From Blastocladiella emersonii ATCC 22665 (taxonomy: Eukaryota; Fungi; Blastocladiomycota), in contig JANHCV010000001.1 of NCBI GenBank assembly GCA_025594325.1, positions 1,116,001 through 1,180,000 on the forward strand: a DNA stretch of 64,000 nucleotides, in the 5' to 3' direction. Below, piece by piece: positions 20,824 through 32,566 of this stretch. The notes beneath the pieces were generated by a model. The model saw only the letters and a list, made by a program, of their open reading frames with translations. It was not told the origin of the DNA and did no database searches. The first letter of the stretch is position 1, and each line of letters opens with the position of its first letter. The translations under genes and the position numbers were made by a program.

Positions 20824-22803
20824 ATGGCCTCGAACCCCACCTTCACCATCTCGCCGGCGCTCTGCAGCGACATCTCCGCGCTCCCTGGCACCTGCGGCAC
20901 CGCGGCCAAGGACCCCCAGGCCGTGCCCGCCGCACGCGCGCGCGCCGCCGAGCTGCGCCAGCTACTCGGTGAGCAATTCGCTGCCTGCTTGGCCGCCATC
21001 GACGCCGCCGCGCAACCCACGCCGTCCCAGGGCAACGGCACGTCGGCCACCCACCTGCCCAAGCTGCAGGCCCAGGCCGCCAAGGCGCTGGACGCGCTCA
21101 TCGCCGCGCACTCGCGCTACAACAACATCATCAACCTCGCCGTCGACATGCTGCCCGCCGAGGCGCCCCTGGCCGCGCCAGCCGCCGCCTCGCCAGCCGC
21201 TCCCGCCACGTCGACCACCAGCGTCGACAAGCAGCTGCGCACCGACATCGAGAGCACCCGCATCAACTACCACCACCCAACCCGCGGCAACTGCCAAGAC
21301 CCAGCCACCTTCCTCTGCAACCTCTGCGACCTCTACCCGCTGCACAACCTGTACAAGCTGCTCAACGCTGCCACCACCACCGTTGGCCACGACGCCCAGG
21401 TTGTGTACAAGTCAATGGTCCGTGAGGGCGCTGGTCTTGAGGAGCACCAGCTGATCGCCCACTTCTTCAACCACATGGAGCGCGCCGCCATCGTCTGCTA
21501 CCTCAACCTCTCGTTCCCCGCCACTCCGGGCCTCACCCTTGAGCGCCACCGCGTTGTGTTTGTCCGGCGCCTCCACGAGGGGGGTTGCCTGGATCCCACT
21601 GGCCACCTGCCTCCCGCGCTCCTCTCCTCGTTCCTCAACTCAGTCAAGGGCATCAAGGATGACGTCTACAACGCCCTCTGCCACACGCTTGGCACCGCCA
21701 CCTCCAAGCACACCCTGCTCACGCTTGTTGACCTCATTGGCCCCCACGGCTACGTCCAGATTGCCTTGCGCAGCAAGGCGCCCGCCGGCGACGCTGGCGA
21801 CGCCTCGTCCGCTGTGCCGGCCGCGCGCACCAAGTTGGGCAACAAAGACAAGGACAAGAACAAGAACAACAACAACTACTACAACAACAACAACAACAAC
21901 AACAACAACTACAACAACTACAACAACAAGAACAACAACAACTACAACAACCACCGCGGCGGCGGCGCCCACAATAAGAACGGCCACTACGACAAGGGCA
22001 AGGCCGGCCGTGACGACCGCGCGTCCTGCGACGCCCCGCGTGCGCTTCTCGCCGTGCCTGACAACCGCCACAATCGGGATTGTGGCGGCTGCGACGAGCG
22101 TCAGCGCTCGCGTTCCCGGTCCCGCTTGCGTCCCCAGTCCCGCTCGCACTCCCGCTCCGCTGTGCGCGAGCGCGCCCCGTGCAACTACCACGCGGCCGTG
22201 GCGCCCGTCGGGCCCGCGGGTCTTGAGACCAAGTTCAGCACCGTGGCCGTGGCCAGCCCTGGCCTGTGCGCCTTCTGCTTCTGCTTCAAGGGGCTCCACG
22301 ATAAGGCGCACAGCCACCAGCTCCACAAGTGCGGCTTTGTGGTGTATGGCGACAACACGCCCATCCTCGCCATCTTCGCCATGCTCAAGGACCTGAGGGG
22401 CGACCTGGTCAAGGCCCGGCTGGCGGGTCTGCTCGCCGCGGGTTTGGTGGGTGACCTCAAGCGCTCCCGCTCCAAGTTTGTCTCCTCGCCTGCCCACGCG
22501 GTTGACAGCATTCCCCACTCCCAGCCCCTGCTTGCCCACCACCTCCCTTTCCTCGCCCTCCTGCCGGCGTCCACCACCAGCCTGTTTGCGCACCTGCTCG
22601 ACAAGTTCTACCACATCATTGTCGGCTCCTGCCTTGGCCCCACCTCGGCCCGCGACGCCACCGTCACCCACGACAATCCCCTTCGCAGCCGCCTTGGTCC
22701 CGTCGCGCATTTCGCCGCCCCTGCCCGCTCTGGTGCGCGCCGTGAGCATGACAGCGCCGGTGCAGTCAACCCCAACTGGCTGGGCACGCCCACATTTCCG
22801 TGA
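20824..22803 (+). CDS. gag-like ORF with poly-Asn tract and CxxC..HxxxxC knuckle-like motif
   Basis: First ORF after the 5' LTR; (AAC)n-type tract at about 21859-21952; CAFC..HSHQLHKC motif. Confidence 0.65.
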   Translation: MASNPTFTISPALCSDISALPGTCGTAAKDPQAVPAARARAAELRQLLGEQFAACLAAIDAAAQPTPSQGNGTSATHLPKLQAQAAKALDALIAAHSRYNNIINLAVDMLPAEAPLAAPAAASPAAPATSTTSVDKQLRTDIESTRINYHHPTRGNCQDPATFLCNLCDLYPLHNLYKLLNAATTTVGHDAQVVYKSMVREGAGLEEHQLIAHFFNHMERAAIVCYLNLSFPATPGLTLERHRVVFVRRLHEGGCLDPTGHLPPALLSSFLNSVKGIKDDVYNALCHTLGTATSKHTLLTLVDLIGPHGYVQIALRSKAPAGDAGDASSAVPAARTKLGNKDKDKNKNNNNYYNNNNNNNNNYNNYNNKNNNNYNNHRGGGAHNKNGHYDKGKAGRDDRASCDAPRALLAVPDNRHNRDCGGCDERQRSRSRSRLRPQSRSHSRSAVRERAPCNYHAAVAPVGPAGLETKFSTVAVASPGLCAFCFCFKGLHDKAHSHQLHKCGFVVYGDNTPILAIFAMLKDLRGDLVKARLAGLLAAGLVGDLKRSRSKFVSSPAHAVDSIPHSQPLLAHHLPFLALLPASTTSLFAHLLDKFYHIIVGSCLGPTSARDATVTHDNPLRSRLGPVAHFAAPARSGARREHDSAGAVNPNWLGTPTFP

Positions 22804-23039
22804 CCTGGGCACGCGCGTCCATCCGCGACCTGTACGTGGCGCTTGTCGCTCACAATAATAATATCTCTGACCTCATCATTCCGGCTCTATCCAGCCTGAT
22901 GTTGTCTTTGCGCGCTTGTTCGGCTGTGGCAAACCACACGCCCGTTCGCAGCAAGCCTTCTTGGTGCTACCTGGCGTTCCTGACCGTGCGTGCAGACCTG
23001 TTCCTTGACAACATCATTCCAGCTCTATCCAGCCCAATG

Positions 23040-25887
23040 TTGTCTTCGCGCGGCCCGTTTGGCATCAAGACCCTCTCAGCGCAGTTCCAGGCTGTCATGT
23101 CCAACATCTTCCACAACATGCTGTTTGTGCGCGTCTTCATCAATGATCTCGTCATCTTCTTGGCCTCAATCAAGGAGTACACGCAGCACCTTGTCCTTGT
23201 TGTCTACCGTCTCACGCGGTGGAACCTCCACCTCAACCCCGCCAAGTGCTTCTTCTACTACGCACGCGTGCACCTGCTCGGCCACGTCGTCTCGGCCAAG
23301 GGCGTGCAGCCTGCCAAGGCCAAGGTCGTCTCGATCTGCGACTGGCCGCGTCCAACGTCCGGCAACCAGGTCCAGAAGTTCCTCGGCCTTGTCAGCTACC
23401 TGCGCGCCTACATCCCGCTCGCCGCGGTCCTCATGCACCCGCTCAACGCGCTGAGCAACCTCAAGCGCATCAACCTCAACGTCCGCAACGTGTGGACCAA
23501 TGAGTGCGAGCAGGCGTTCCTCGCCGTAAAGGCCGCCCTTGCCGCCGCCCCGTGTCTCACGCCGCCCGATTTCTCCAAGCCGTTCTTTATTGCCACTGAC
23601 GCCTCGAACGTCAGTCTCGGCGCCATCCTGTTCCAGGGTAGCCGCGAGTCCCTGCGCTACATCTCGTTTGCCTCTTGCTCTTGGCAGCCCGCCGAGCAGA
23701 ACTACTCGGCCACCAAGCGCAAGCTCCTCGGCATTGTCTTTGCGCTCACTTGCTTCTTCTACTACCTCTACAGCCGCCGTTTCGCGTTGTTCACGGACCA
23801 CGCGGCGCTCACCCACATGTTCACGCAGAAGCGCCTGTTGCCCATCCTCAAAAACTGGCTCGACACGCTGCTCTCCCTCTTGTTCTCGGTCACGCACCTC
23901 CCTGGCGTCCTAAACGTGCTGCCTGACATCCTGTCGCGCCTGTATAATACCAACGCCCGTGCCCGTCTTGTTGCCATCAACCGCGCCGGCTGTTGTCCTG
24001 TATTGCGTTCCCCCCGTGGGCGCCCACTGGTGGGGTCCCTCCGGATCCTCTCCCGCGCCGTCTCTCCCCGAGTGTGCCCTTGGCAACGGCAAGCTCAAGC
24101 AGCTCATGACGCACAATCTCTCCCTTGCGGAGAATTGTGCTCAACACTTCTTCCTTGCGCTGGCCTCGCTCCCGCCCGCGGAGCGGGCCCGCGCTTTTGC
24201 TGCCGCACCCACCCATGGGGGCAGCTCTTCTTCAACACCCGCGCCCGCTGTGCACGCCCGCGTCGTCGCCGCCGCACCCGCCCCCGAGGGTAGCGCGCCG
24301 CGGCCCAAGTTCTTGCCCATTGGCACCGTCCCGCCCGCGCAGCGCCTTGACACGGCGCCCGTTCCGCGTGACCAGTGCGACCAGATCATCCGCGACGTGC
24401 ACAACTGGGGCCACTTGGGTCCTGCGGCCACACAGCAGCAGCTCGTCGTCCTCGGCCACGAATGGTCCGGCATGCTTGCCAACTGCCAGCGTGTCATTGC
24501 CGGTTGCATCCCGTGCGCGCGGTTCTCAGCCATGCGGCAGGGTTTCCACCCAATGCGCTCAATCGAGGCGCTGCTGCCACTTGACCACCTGTCCATGGAC
24601 TGCATGCAGCTGCCCATCTCGCCCAACGGATACACGCACGTGCTCGTGATCATCAACATCTGCACCTGGTTCGCGTGGCTCCACCCGATCCGCTCCGCGT
24701 CTGCTGGCGAGGTCGCCACCTGCTTCCTGGCCACGTGCTTCCAGTTCGGCTTCCCGCGCATCATCCAGTCCAACAACGGCCCCGAGTTCGCCAACCAGAT
24801 CATCGCCTCGCTCGCCGACATGGCCGGCATTGACTGCCGCCTTGTGTCGCCGTACCACCCGCAGGCCAACGGCGCCTCGGAGCGTCTCGTTCGCTCGGTC
24901 AAGGAGATGCTGCTCCCCTCGCTCAACAGGCAGCTCGACCGCTGGCCCGCCATGGTCCCGGCCATCCAGTACGCCTACAACATGCGCGCGCACGCGCGCC
25001 ACGGCTCGACACCCTTCTCGCTCATGTTCGCGCGTCCCGCCAACGCGCTCTGCGACTATTGCGCGCAGCCGCCCCTCTGCGACATGACTGAGCAGGAGCA
25101 GCTCGCTCGCCTCAAGCTCATGACCGTGTCCATCTACCCCGCCATTGCGCAGCGCACCGCCGACCGCAACGCTGTTGTGCAGGCGCGCGCCGATCAGCAC
25201 TGCAAGATCATTGCCACCGACTTCCCCGCGGGCGCCATCGTCATGCGCATGACCACCAACCGCGCCTCCCGCCTCGACCCACGCTACGAGGGCCCGTACA
25301 CGGCGGTCCGCTGCAACCGTGGCAGCGCGTACGTGCTCCGTGACGCCACTGGCGCACTCGTCGAGAAAATCCCCGCGCACCACCTGCGCCTCATCCAGCC
25401 CAAGTCGGCGCCTTTGGGCGAATCGGACACCATGCGCGACATCCTCCGTCATTGCAACGGCGCGAATGGCGAGCGCGAGTACCTGGTCCGCTGGTCCAAT
25501 CGCTCCGCCGAGAACTCGTGGATCCCCGCCAGCGGCTTCGACACCGCTGGCGCCATCAACGTCTACCACAAGAAGATCTTGGCCGACACCCGGCTCAAGC
25601 GCCAGCGTTCGCTGCAGCGTCTCGCCTCCAAGGTCGCCAGGTCTTCCCCTGCGCCCGCTCCACGCCAAGATCCTGCTCCTCGCCAAGTCTCGACCAACAA
25701 GTCGCAGTTCTCGGTCACGCAGTCCTCAGCCGCCTCATTGCCCGCCCGCGCCAACCCGAAGCGCGCGCGCTCACCCTCGCCCGACCCGCCGTCGTCCATC
25801 ACGCGCAGCCGGTCCGGTCGCCAGCTCAAGAACGCGGTGCACCAAGGGTTCGTCAAGTCGCTCAGGTCACGGTCTGGGGGGAGGTGA
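23040..25887 (+). pseudogene. pol relic: 5'-truncated RT, RNase H, integrase, chromodomain
   Basis: PFGIK..FINDLVIF (YxDD to FIND), KCFF, LLGH, IATDAS, FTDH, H..GH..CxxC zinc finger, SMD..QSNNGPEF..NGASER, GPY, EYLVRW..ENSWIP. Frameshift between RNase H and IN frames; no protease motif found. Confidence 0.9.
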
Positions 25888-26103
25888 TGTTGCGTGTCGT
25901 TCATGTGGCCACGACCGCGGTGATCAATCATCTGATCTCGCGTGAGCCGCCCGCAATCCCTCGCTCCCGCGCCGCCGCACCCCGCTGCGGCGCGCCCTGC
26001 TTTGTTATCCATTCTCCCCTCTCCCCGTCTTGGGTTCGGGGCTGAAGGCAGGAATAGACATCCCTGACTACTTGTCTCCCGCCTCCTTCTGTCGGCATCA
26101 ACA
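25888..26103 (+). repeat. 3' LTR
   Basis: Direct repeat of 20586-20801, preceded by the PPT and followed by TSD GACTG. Confidence 0.95.
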
Positions 26104-26629
26104 GACTGGATCACGACCGCGAACCGACCCGACGCAGCGAAGAGGCAGAAGGTCCAGCACAACGAGGGTGCTGACCAACGCCAGGGCGCGGGCGGCGGCC
26201 GGTACTTATTGTGGTCGTGGGCGAGGCGAGGCCGCTGCTGGCGGAGGCGGGCGAGGGGCGCCGAGCACTGCGGTGCGGCAGCGACGATCGAGTCGAACAG
26301 GATGGGCAAATGATCTTGGGGCACGGCGCGAGCGAGCCGAGCGGGTTGGGGCACACGGCGCGGGATCATGGGGCGAGAAGCGCGCGAGCACGCGAGTTGA
26401 GGGTCGGTACACGGGCGGGGACGCAGCGCGTGATGCGCCGAGTGGCACGGCGGGTGAACACGGCCGAGATGAGGAACACGGGGTAGCGGCGGAACGGGGC
26501 CGGGGCGCGTGAGAAGGCGCGATCGGGTGGTCGGCGGCGCCACATCACGTGCGATATGCGAGACAGCGTGCGAGACAGAAAAAAGAGAGAGGAGGAAGCG
26601 TGTAGACAGGGAGCGAGCCACCCACTCAC

Positions 26630-27458
26630 AGCGCCCGAACTGGCGCAGCGAATCATCCAACTGGCTTCCGCGACTTTGGAAGAGGACCTCAGCGAGAGCT
26701 TCGGCACCACCGACGCCTTTTCTATTGACGCGAACTCGGCGATTGTTGACCTCCTCGATTGCAATCCGGTTGGAGACCAGCTTGACGTGCTGGCTGTCGT
26801 TGTGCAGGCGATCGGTCAAGCTGACTCTTTCGCGCCGTCGATTAAATGTGCGCACGCCATCTCGCGGCTTATCACTCCGCTTCTGTCAAACCCCAAGGAT
26901 CGCGAGTCAGCGCTCGATTTCGTACGCGAGTCGGAAACCGTGCCGCAGATTCTTGGGGCCATGGTCGCTGCGCATCTGTCAAGCCAGAATTACCGAACGA
27001 TCCGCCGCATTCGTTCAGACTTGGTGTGCCGACAATGCCCGCTGACGTACCAGGGCCCGTGGCAGGAGGCGCTCCGAGCTCTGGTCTCGCTCTTCATGGG
27101 CGACGCTCATACTCTGCGCTGTTTCGCGTCGTGCCTGACCAAGGTCAAGTCCAAGGTCGCGGAATCGATTGTGTTTGAGGAAGCCAACAGCTGCTGCGCG
27201 GCCACAATGGGCGAGGCCGCGGGCCAGCGCCCGACCGCCGCGGTCCTTGATGCGCTGCTCTCCAAGGACCCGCGACTTGTCGCCAAGCTCCTCATCGGCA
27301 TTGCTCCCGCGCCGGCGGCGCTGACTCAGACCCTTCCGAACGGCGCACTTGACACGGCTTTCACCGCGGTCGAGTACTCGCGGCTTTTCGCGCATGAGGG
27401 GTCGACTGCCGCGCAAAGGACCGAGCTCCTGCGGCTCGCGCCGTCGCTCACGGGCTAG
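26630..27458 (+). pseudogene. Orphan C-terminal half of the F-box-like family gene
   Basis: ELAQRIIQLAS..LDVLAVV..LGAMVAAHLSSQ..CPLTYQ..QRPTAAVL..ELLRLAPSL aligns end to end with the C-terminus encoded at 28990-29815. No own start codon. Confidence 0.65.
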
Positions 27459-27719
27459 TGGTAGTCTCGGAGTAGGTGTGTTTTTGTACAGAATTTACTG
27501 GTTTTTGGATTCTCCATGTCTGATTGCTGGGCCGAAAGAGCTGAGGGCAACGGAACGTGATGAGGTGACGCGTCTCGCTGGCCATGGGAACCGCGTTGTT
27601 CATCTCACTCGTTTCGCGACCTCGCTCTCGCGCTCTCCCTGGATGCTCCCGAGCCATGAAAGCTCGTCACTTAAATGAAATACTCAATGCAATCAGCTGA
27701 GCGGACCGAATTTATGCAC

Positions 27720-29815
27720 ATGTCGCGGTTTCCCGAGCTACCGAGCGAGCTCGTCCTCGCGGTCCTCCAGCTGGCCGACCCGCGTTCCGCGGTCCCCGCT
27801 GCGGCGCGCACCCTGCTCTCGGCCGCAAGCAGTGTCATGGCATTCACATCCTGGAACTTTTTCTGTCTCTTTCGCTTCGCCCTCAACAGCTACGGATTCT
27901 CGTCGTGTCCATCAGGGGATCAACTGCGTGCGCGGTTTGGCGTCACCGACGCGTTGCACTTATGCCTACACTCTCTCTGCGGTTCGACCTCGGCTGGAAA
28001 CGCTCCTCGCGCCCAGCTCCGGCTCCTCACTGATCGCGTTGCAGCTCTTCTCTCGCGCCAGCCGTCGCAGTACCGTCACACGGTCGATCTTGTCGAGGAT
28101 TACCTTCGTAACGTGATGGACGATCTGTGTATCCGGTATGCAGTCCTGCCGTTTGGGCAGCCCATCGCGGCCATGCTCCCTATCCTCACCTATGCGATTG
28201 TGACCGACCAGCTTTCGATGACGCGCAGCTGCCTCGCCAACATTGTCAAGGATTGCCCCGCCCTTTTGGAATCCCGGCTACAGTGGAGCACATAGCACGC
28301 GCTGTGCTGGACCAAGTCGCTCGCCAAGGTATCGAACCGCTTTGATGGAAAACGCTTCACAATTGGTGATGCCCCGTCGCCCCGCCTTCCACGACTTGTT
28401 GACTATCTCGGCTTGCTTGCCGTCATCACTCTCCAGTGGCCCTTGCTCGAGACCCTCAAGAACACCGGCTATTACATTGACGGGGCGAGCATCGCCGGAG
28501 TTCTGTCGCTCGAACCAGCCGTGCACATACTTGCCGCGCACTCCACCGCTGTAGCAAATCACTGATCTTCGATGTTGCCGACTGGCTCCTCAAGCACGGC
28601 TGGACGGACGAGGATGTTGACCATGAATGCTCGCTTCTGGTGGTCCTTGCCCACAAGGACTTTGTTCTTCTCGCTCGTCTGCTTGCCAAGTATCCGGTCA
28701 AGCTCATGGCGACCGCGACGCCGGAGCGTCTCGACATGGTTCAATTCAGCTTTAGGGACGAAGCGTCGAGCTTGACCAAGGCCCTCGATGAACTTGTGAA
28801 GGTGGAAACCGGGAACTGGACCGGATCCGGTCGATGGTCGGCGCGGCGACGTGGGAGGCGACGCTGGTTGAGTGTACGTTTCGATATCAGTGATGCACGG
28901 GTTCTAGGCTCCATTGACCGACACGGAACCTCTCCATCTGTACTACCTCGTTTAGTGTTCAAGTTTGTTTGCGAGGAACCGGGTTACGCTTACGATTTGT
29001 CGCAGCGGATTATCCGCCTCGCCTCGACAACGGTGACGGGCGACCTGAGCAGCAGCTTCACGACTGCCCTTGCTTCCTCGGACTCGTACGACTTGAGCGC
29101 GGAGATTTTCTTCCTCCTCGATTCCGGGCCGGTCGACCGCCCGCTTGATGTTCTTGCCGTTGTCACGCAGGCCGTTGCTTCTGCGGACTCGTTCAATCCT
29201 TCAGTTGAAACCGCGCATGCGATTTCGGCGCTTCTCCTTGAGCTCCTATCGAGTCCCGAGATCAAGGAGGAAGCCTTGCATCTCCTCCGCAAGTCCAGTA
29301 CTGTTCCGGAGTTTCTTGGCGCTATGGTTGCCGCTCACTTGTCGAGCCAGCAACGCGAGGTTCTCCTTTCTTGGGGCGCGATGTGCCACAACTGCCCGCT
29401 CACATACCAGGCCTCATGGCACGATGCCTTTTGTGCCGTGCTTTTGGTCTTTCCCGATAGCACCAATGCGCTGCAGCGATTCGCGTCGTGCCTGTCCAAG
29501 GTTCGGGCGGGGGTATCCGAATCTCTTGCGTTCGAGCTGGCCAACGACTGTTGCGCGGCCGCGATGAACGAGACTGCAGGCCAGCGCCCTACTGCCGCGG
29601 TCCTCGCTTCTCTTATCGAGAAGAGCCCACGGCTGGTGGTCAAGCTCCTCACTGGTCTTGCCTCCGCGCCACACTCGCTGACCCAAAGTCTTCTGGATGG
29701 CGCTCTTGCCTCGATTCTTCGGGTGAAAGAGTATTCGTGGCTTCTTGCGCGCAAGAAAACGACCGCGGCGCACAAAGCCGAGCTCCTGCGACTTGCTCCG
29801 TCGCTTGCGGAGTAG
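27720..29815 (+). pseudogene. Tandem full-length F-box-like paralog, disrupted
   Basis: MSRFPELPSELVLAVLQLA start; TAG at 28293-28295 where the paralog has Trp; frameshifts near 28550 and 28810; putative intron 28874-28955 (GTACGT..TTTAG). Confidence 0.7.
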
Positions 29816-30705
29816 TGGAAACATCGCGTGACAGTCTTGTCAACGACGTTTCAAGCGCCCCTCTCATCTGTTGCCCGCGAAGATTTTTGAGTTTGTCGTT
29901 AGTAATCCGCACCATAAATGTCATTTGAAAAAAATTGATTGCTCGAGAACGATTCTTGAGAGAGCGCCCAGACGTCCCGGCCCGCGGAAGCTTGAAAATT
30001 TGGCTCGCAGGACGGCTGACCCCCACCGCCTTTACTCGCTGTTTCGGTTAGTTGCGACGGTGCGATACAGCACAGTAGTCTCGTCAGTGTCTTATATGTC
30101 GTGTTTGAGGCCAGTTTCGAATTAACGCAGCGTGCGTCCAGCACTAGAGATACTCAAGGAACCTGTTGTTGAGCGACGTGATTGCTATGCATGCCAACTA
30201 CGGCTGAGACGAGCGGATATAGTCCGAGGTGCAAGAAAAGAACTGGTCTGAATTTTCAATGGCGCGGTCAGTCTGGGTCGCAGGGCTGCAACACAAATCC
30301 GTCGCGTCAAGGGTGGCCACGTGACCGCGGTAGCGCATGGGCACGTGACTGATCAGCTCGTGGATGAACGTCAAGTCGCGTTCGAACGAAAATGCAGGAC
30401 CGAGAACTAGCCTAGAAGTTCGGATCTGTGGGTTATCACCCGAGAATGGCAATGAATGATGCGCTTCACATCGACCCTCGCTGAAGGCCTTGTTGTTTTG
30501 ACTATTCGCTGAACTTTATGCTCGGACGGGTCTCAAATAACCTCCGAGTACAATGACTTCAGTGCTCGACCACCCTGTCTTGTGTGTACGCGATCCAGCG
30601 GTGCGACCGCGCCCGAGGCCGTGAGCGGGAATCGATTTACAGACAGCGCACTCGTTGGCAACTGAGCCAAGCTCATTCCTAACTTCCATCTCGAAAACGA
30701 TGGTA

Positions 30706-31133
30706 TGCCCGTCGATCTGCGGCGAGCGGTGTCCTACGCCCGCGTTTTGCCAGCAGTGCGCCTCGGAGACGGTCCTGGGCCAGATGGTCGACTACGTCAT
30801 GTTCGAGACGTACGGCGAGGTCGATCTCGACGTGTCGCCGGTGCTGATCCTCGGCTGCGGCCACGTCCTGACCGTCGAGACGCTCGACGGCATCGTGCAC
30901 CTCGACAAGTTCTACGTCAAGCTCGGCGGCGCGTGGGTCCGCGCGCGCCCGCCCCAGGACTATGACGACGAGGACGACGAGGTGCTCAAGCAGACGCCGA
31001 CGTGCCCAACGTGCCGCGCGCCGATCCGGTCAGCCGACGTCAAGCGGTACGGCCGCATGCTCAAGCGCGCCGTCGTGCTCGTCAACGAGCTGCAGCAGTC
31101 GCAGGTGTTCTCGGCCGAGCTGCGCCAGCTCGC
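30706..31133 (+). repeat. Inverted copy (428 bp, about 99% identical) of the ZNFX1 RING-like coding segment 35669-36096
   Basis: CPSICGE..LILGCGHVLTVETLDG..CPTCRAP..ELRQLA is present on opposite strands; about 5 mismatches seen. Confidence 0.92.
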
Positions 31134-31436
31134 CGACAACGTCAATTCACTGAGCAAACTGTTTAAGGGCCCGTTTGGTTCCGGGGTGAATCAGGTGGAT
31201 CAATCGACTTTACACGGTCCGGTGTTCACCCAGCTGAAACGTGGCATTTTCACCCCGTCGTGTTCATCGCGGCGTTTGGTTCAACCCCCGGGTGAGCTGA
31301 ATGGAACCCTCGTCGCTGAATCGCCCGTCTGCTCGCCCCCGAAACCTTCAGGCTGTCCTCCCCGGCCTATATAAACGCCGTTTTCCTCCAAAGTAACTCG
31401 CTCTCTCTCCCCCGTCCTCCCTCAAAGCCGAAAAGA

Positions 31437-32566
31437 ATGGCTCCCCCGTCAAGCAAAAAGCGCGCTGGCCGTACGGCCATGTCCATCGAGGAGATCGTCA
31501 AGAACGTGCCCGAAATCCCGCCGCCGCCCGCCGATAGCGACGAGGATGCAGATGACGACGCTGCTGGGAGCGACGGCAACGCTGCTGTCACGCCGACCAA
31601 CCCGCTGCCGCCCGTGACCATCGCCAAGCCAAGCAAGCGCAAGGCCAGTGGCAGCAAGGCCAGCAGCGGCAAGGCCAGCGGCGGCAAGGCCACCTTCTGC
31701 TCCGCGTCGACCAACTTCCTCCTCGACCACTTCTGCAACCTCGCTGACGACGGCGTGCTCGGCGACAGCAACACGCTCAAGGCCCAGCACCGTGTGTCGA
31801 TTGCCCAGGCCCTGTCGGACGAGTTCAACATGCAGTTTACGGCGGAGCAGGTCAAGAACCGCGTGACATACGTACGCTTTGTCTTGCGGACACGCGTCAA
31901 CCGTAGCGCTAACAACGTCAGCGTTCGGCTCCAGCTTCGCACTTGTTTTCGCGCCGTAAAACGGCTTCTGTCGTACTCGGGCAACGGCTGCACCTGGAAT
32001 GAGGGTGAGTGCACGGTCGACGTGCCAGAGGAGTTCTGGAACGATCTCTCGGTACGTTTGTTCAATATCGTTACGCGTCAACTCGCGGCGAGCTAACAGC
32101 GCCTGGCCTGCTTCAATTGTAGGCAGAGCTCAAGGAGGAGCTGACTGCGGGCTGCAAGCCCTTCCCGTACTACAAGAAGGCCAACATGCTGTGGGGCAGC
32201 TCGACCGCCACCGGCAAGTACTCGCACCTCGAGCAGGACGGCAAGGAGTCTGGTGACGTGGAAGGTGTTGATGGTCAAGACGACGCGGCCCCCGCCAGCA
32301 AGCGCAGCCGCACTTCGGACAGCAGCTCGCGTCGCCTCTCGGACTCGGAATTCCTCATGGGCATCAAGGAGGTGTTCCAGAGCGTCTCAACCGCCGACTC
32401 CAAGCCCGTTCTGACCGCCGCACTTGAATGGGTCCAGGACGCGTACAATGACAATGAAGAGTACCAGATCGACGTCGCCACCCGCCTGACCGAGGATCAA
32501 GCGCTTCGCGTCATGGCCGTGTCCGAATCGAAGCGCAAGCGCGTCCTCGAGTTTTTCATTCAGTAG
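31437..32566 (+). CDS. Harbinger Myb/SANT-like accessory protein
   Basis: FTAEQVKNRVTY-LRTCFRAVKRLLSYSGNGCTWNE and KPFPYY..LWGSSTATG motifs; introns 31872-31934 and 32052-32122. Confidence 0.85.

Larger units (their letters stand above)
20586..26103 (+). mobile_element. Ty3/Gypsy chromovirus LTR retrotransposon (5518 bp), defective
   Basis: 216-bp LTRs with TGTTG..CAACA ends; 5-bp TSD GACTG (20581-20585, 26104-26108); PPT GGGGGGAGGTGA before the 3' LTR; order gag-RT-RNaseH-IN-chromodomain. Confidence 0.96.

Noticed and set aside
17790-26630. A single large DNA transposon with TIRs explaining the whole insertion in the F-box-like gene
   Set aside because: No terminal inverted repeats or TSD could be found by eye at either boundary, so it is left as a nested mosaic.
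25563-26855. 430-aa minus-strand ORF crossing the 3' LTR
   Set aside because: It is a chimera of antisense LTR, flank and antisense pseudogene, with no coherent protein signal.
29830-30650. Short ORFs in the low-GC spacer before the ZNFX1 fragment
   Set aside because: All frames are interrupted, with no recognisable motif, repeat or terminal structure.
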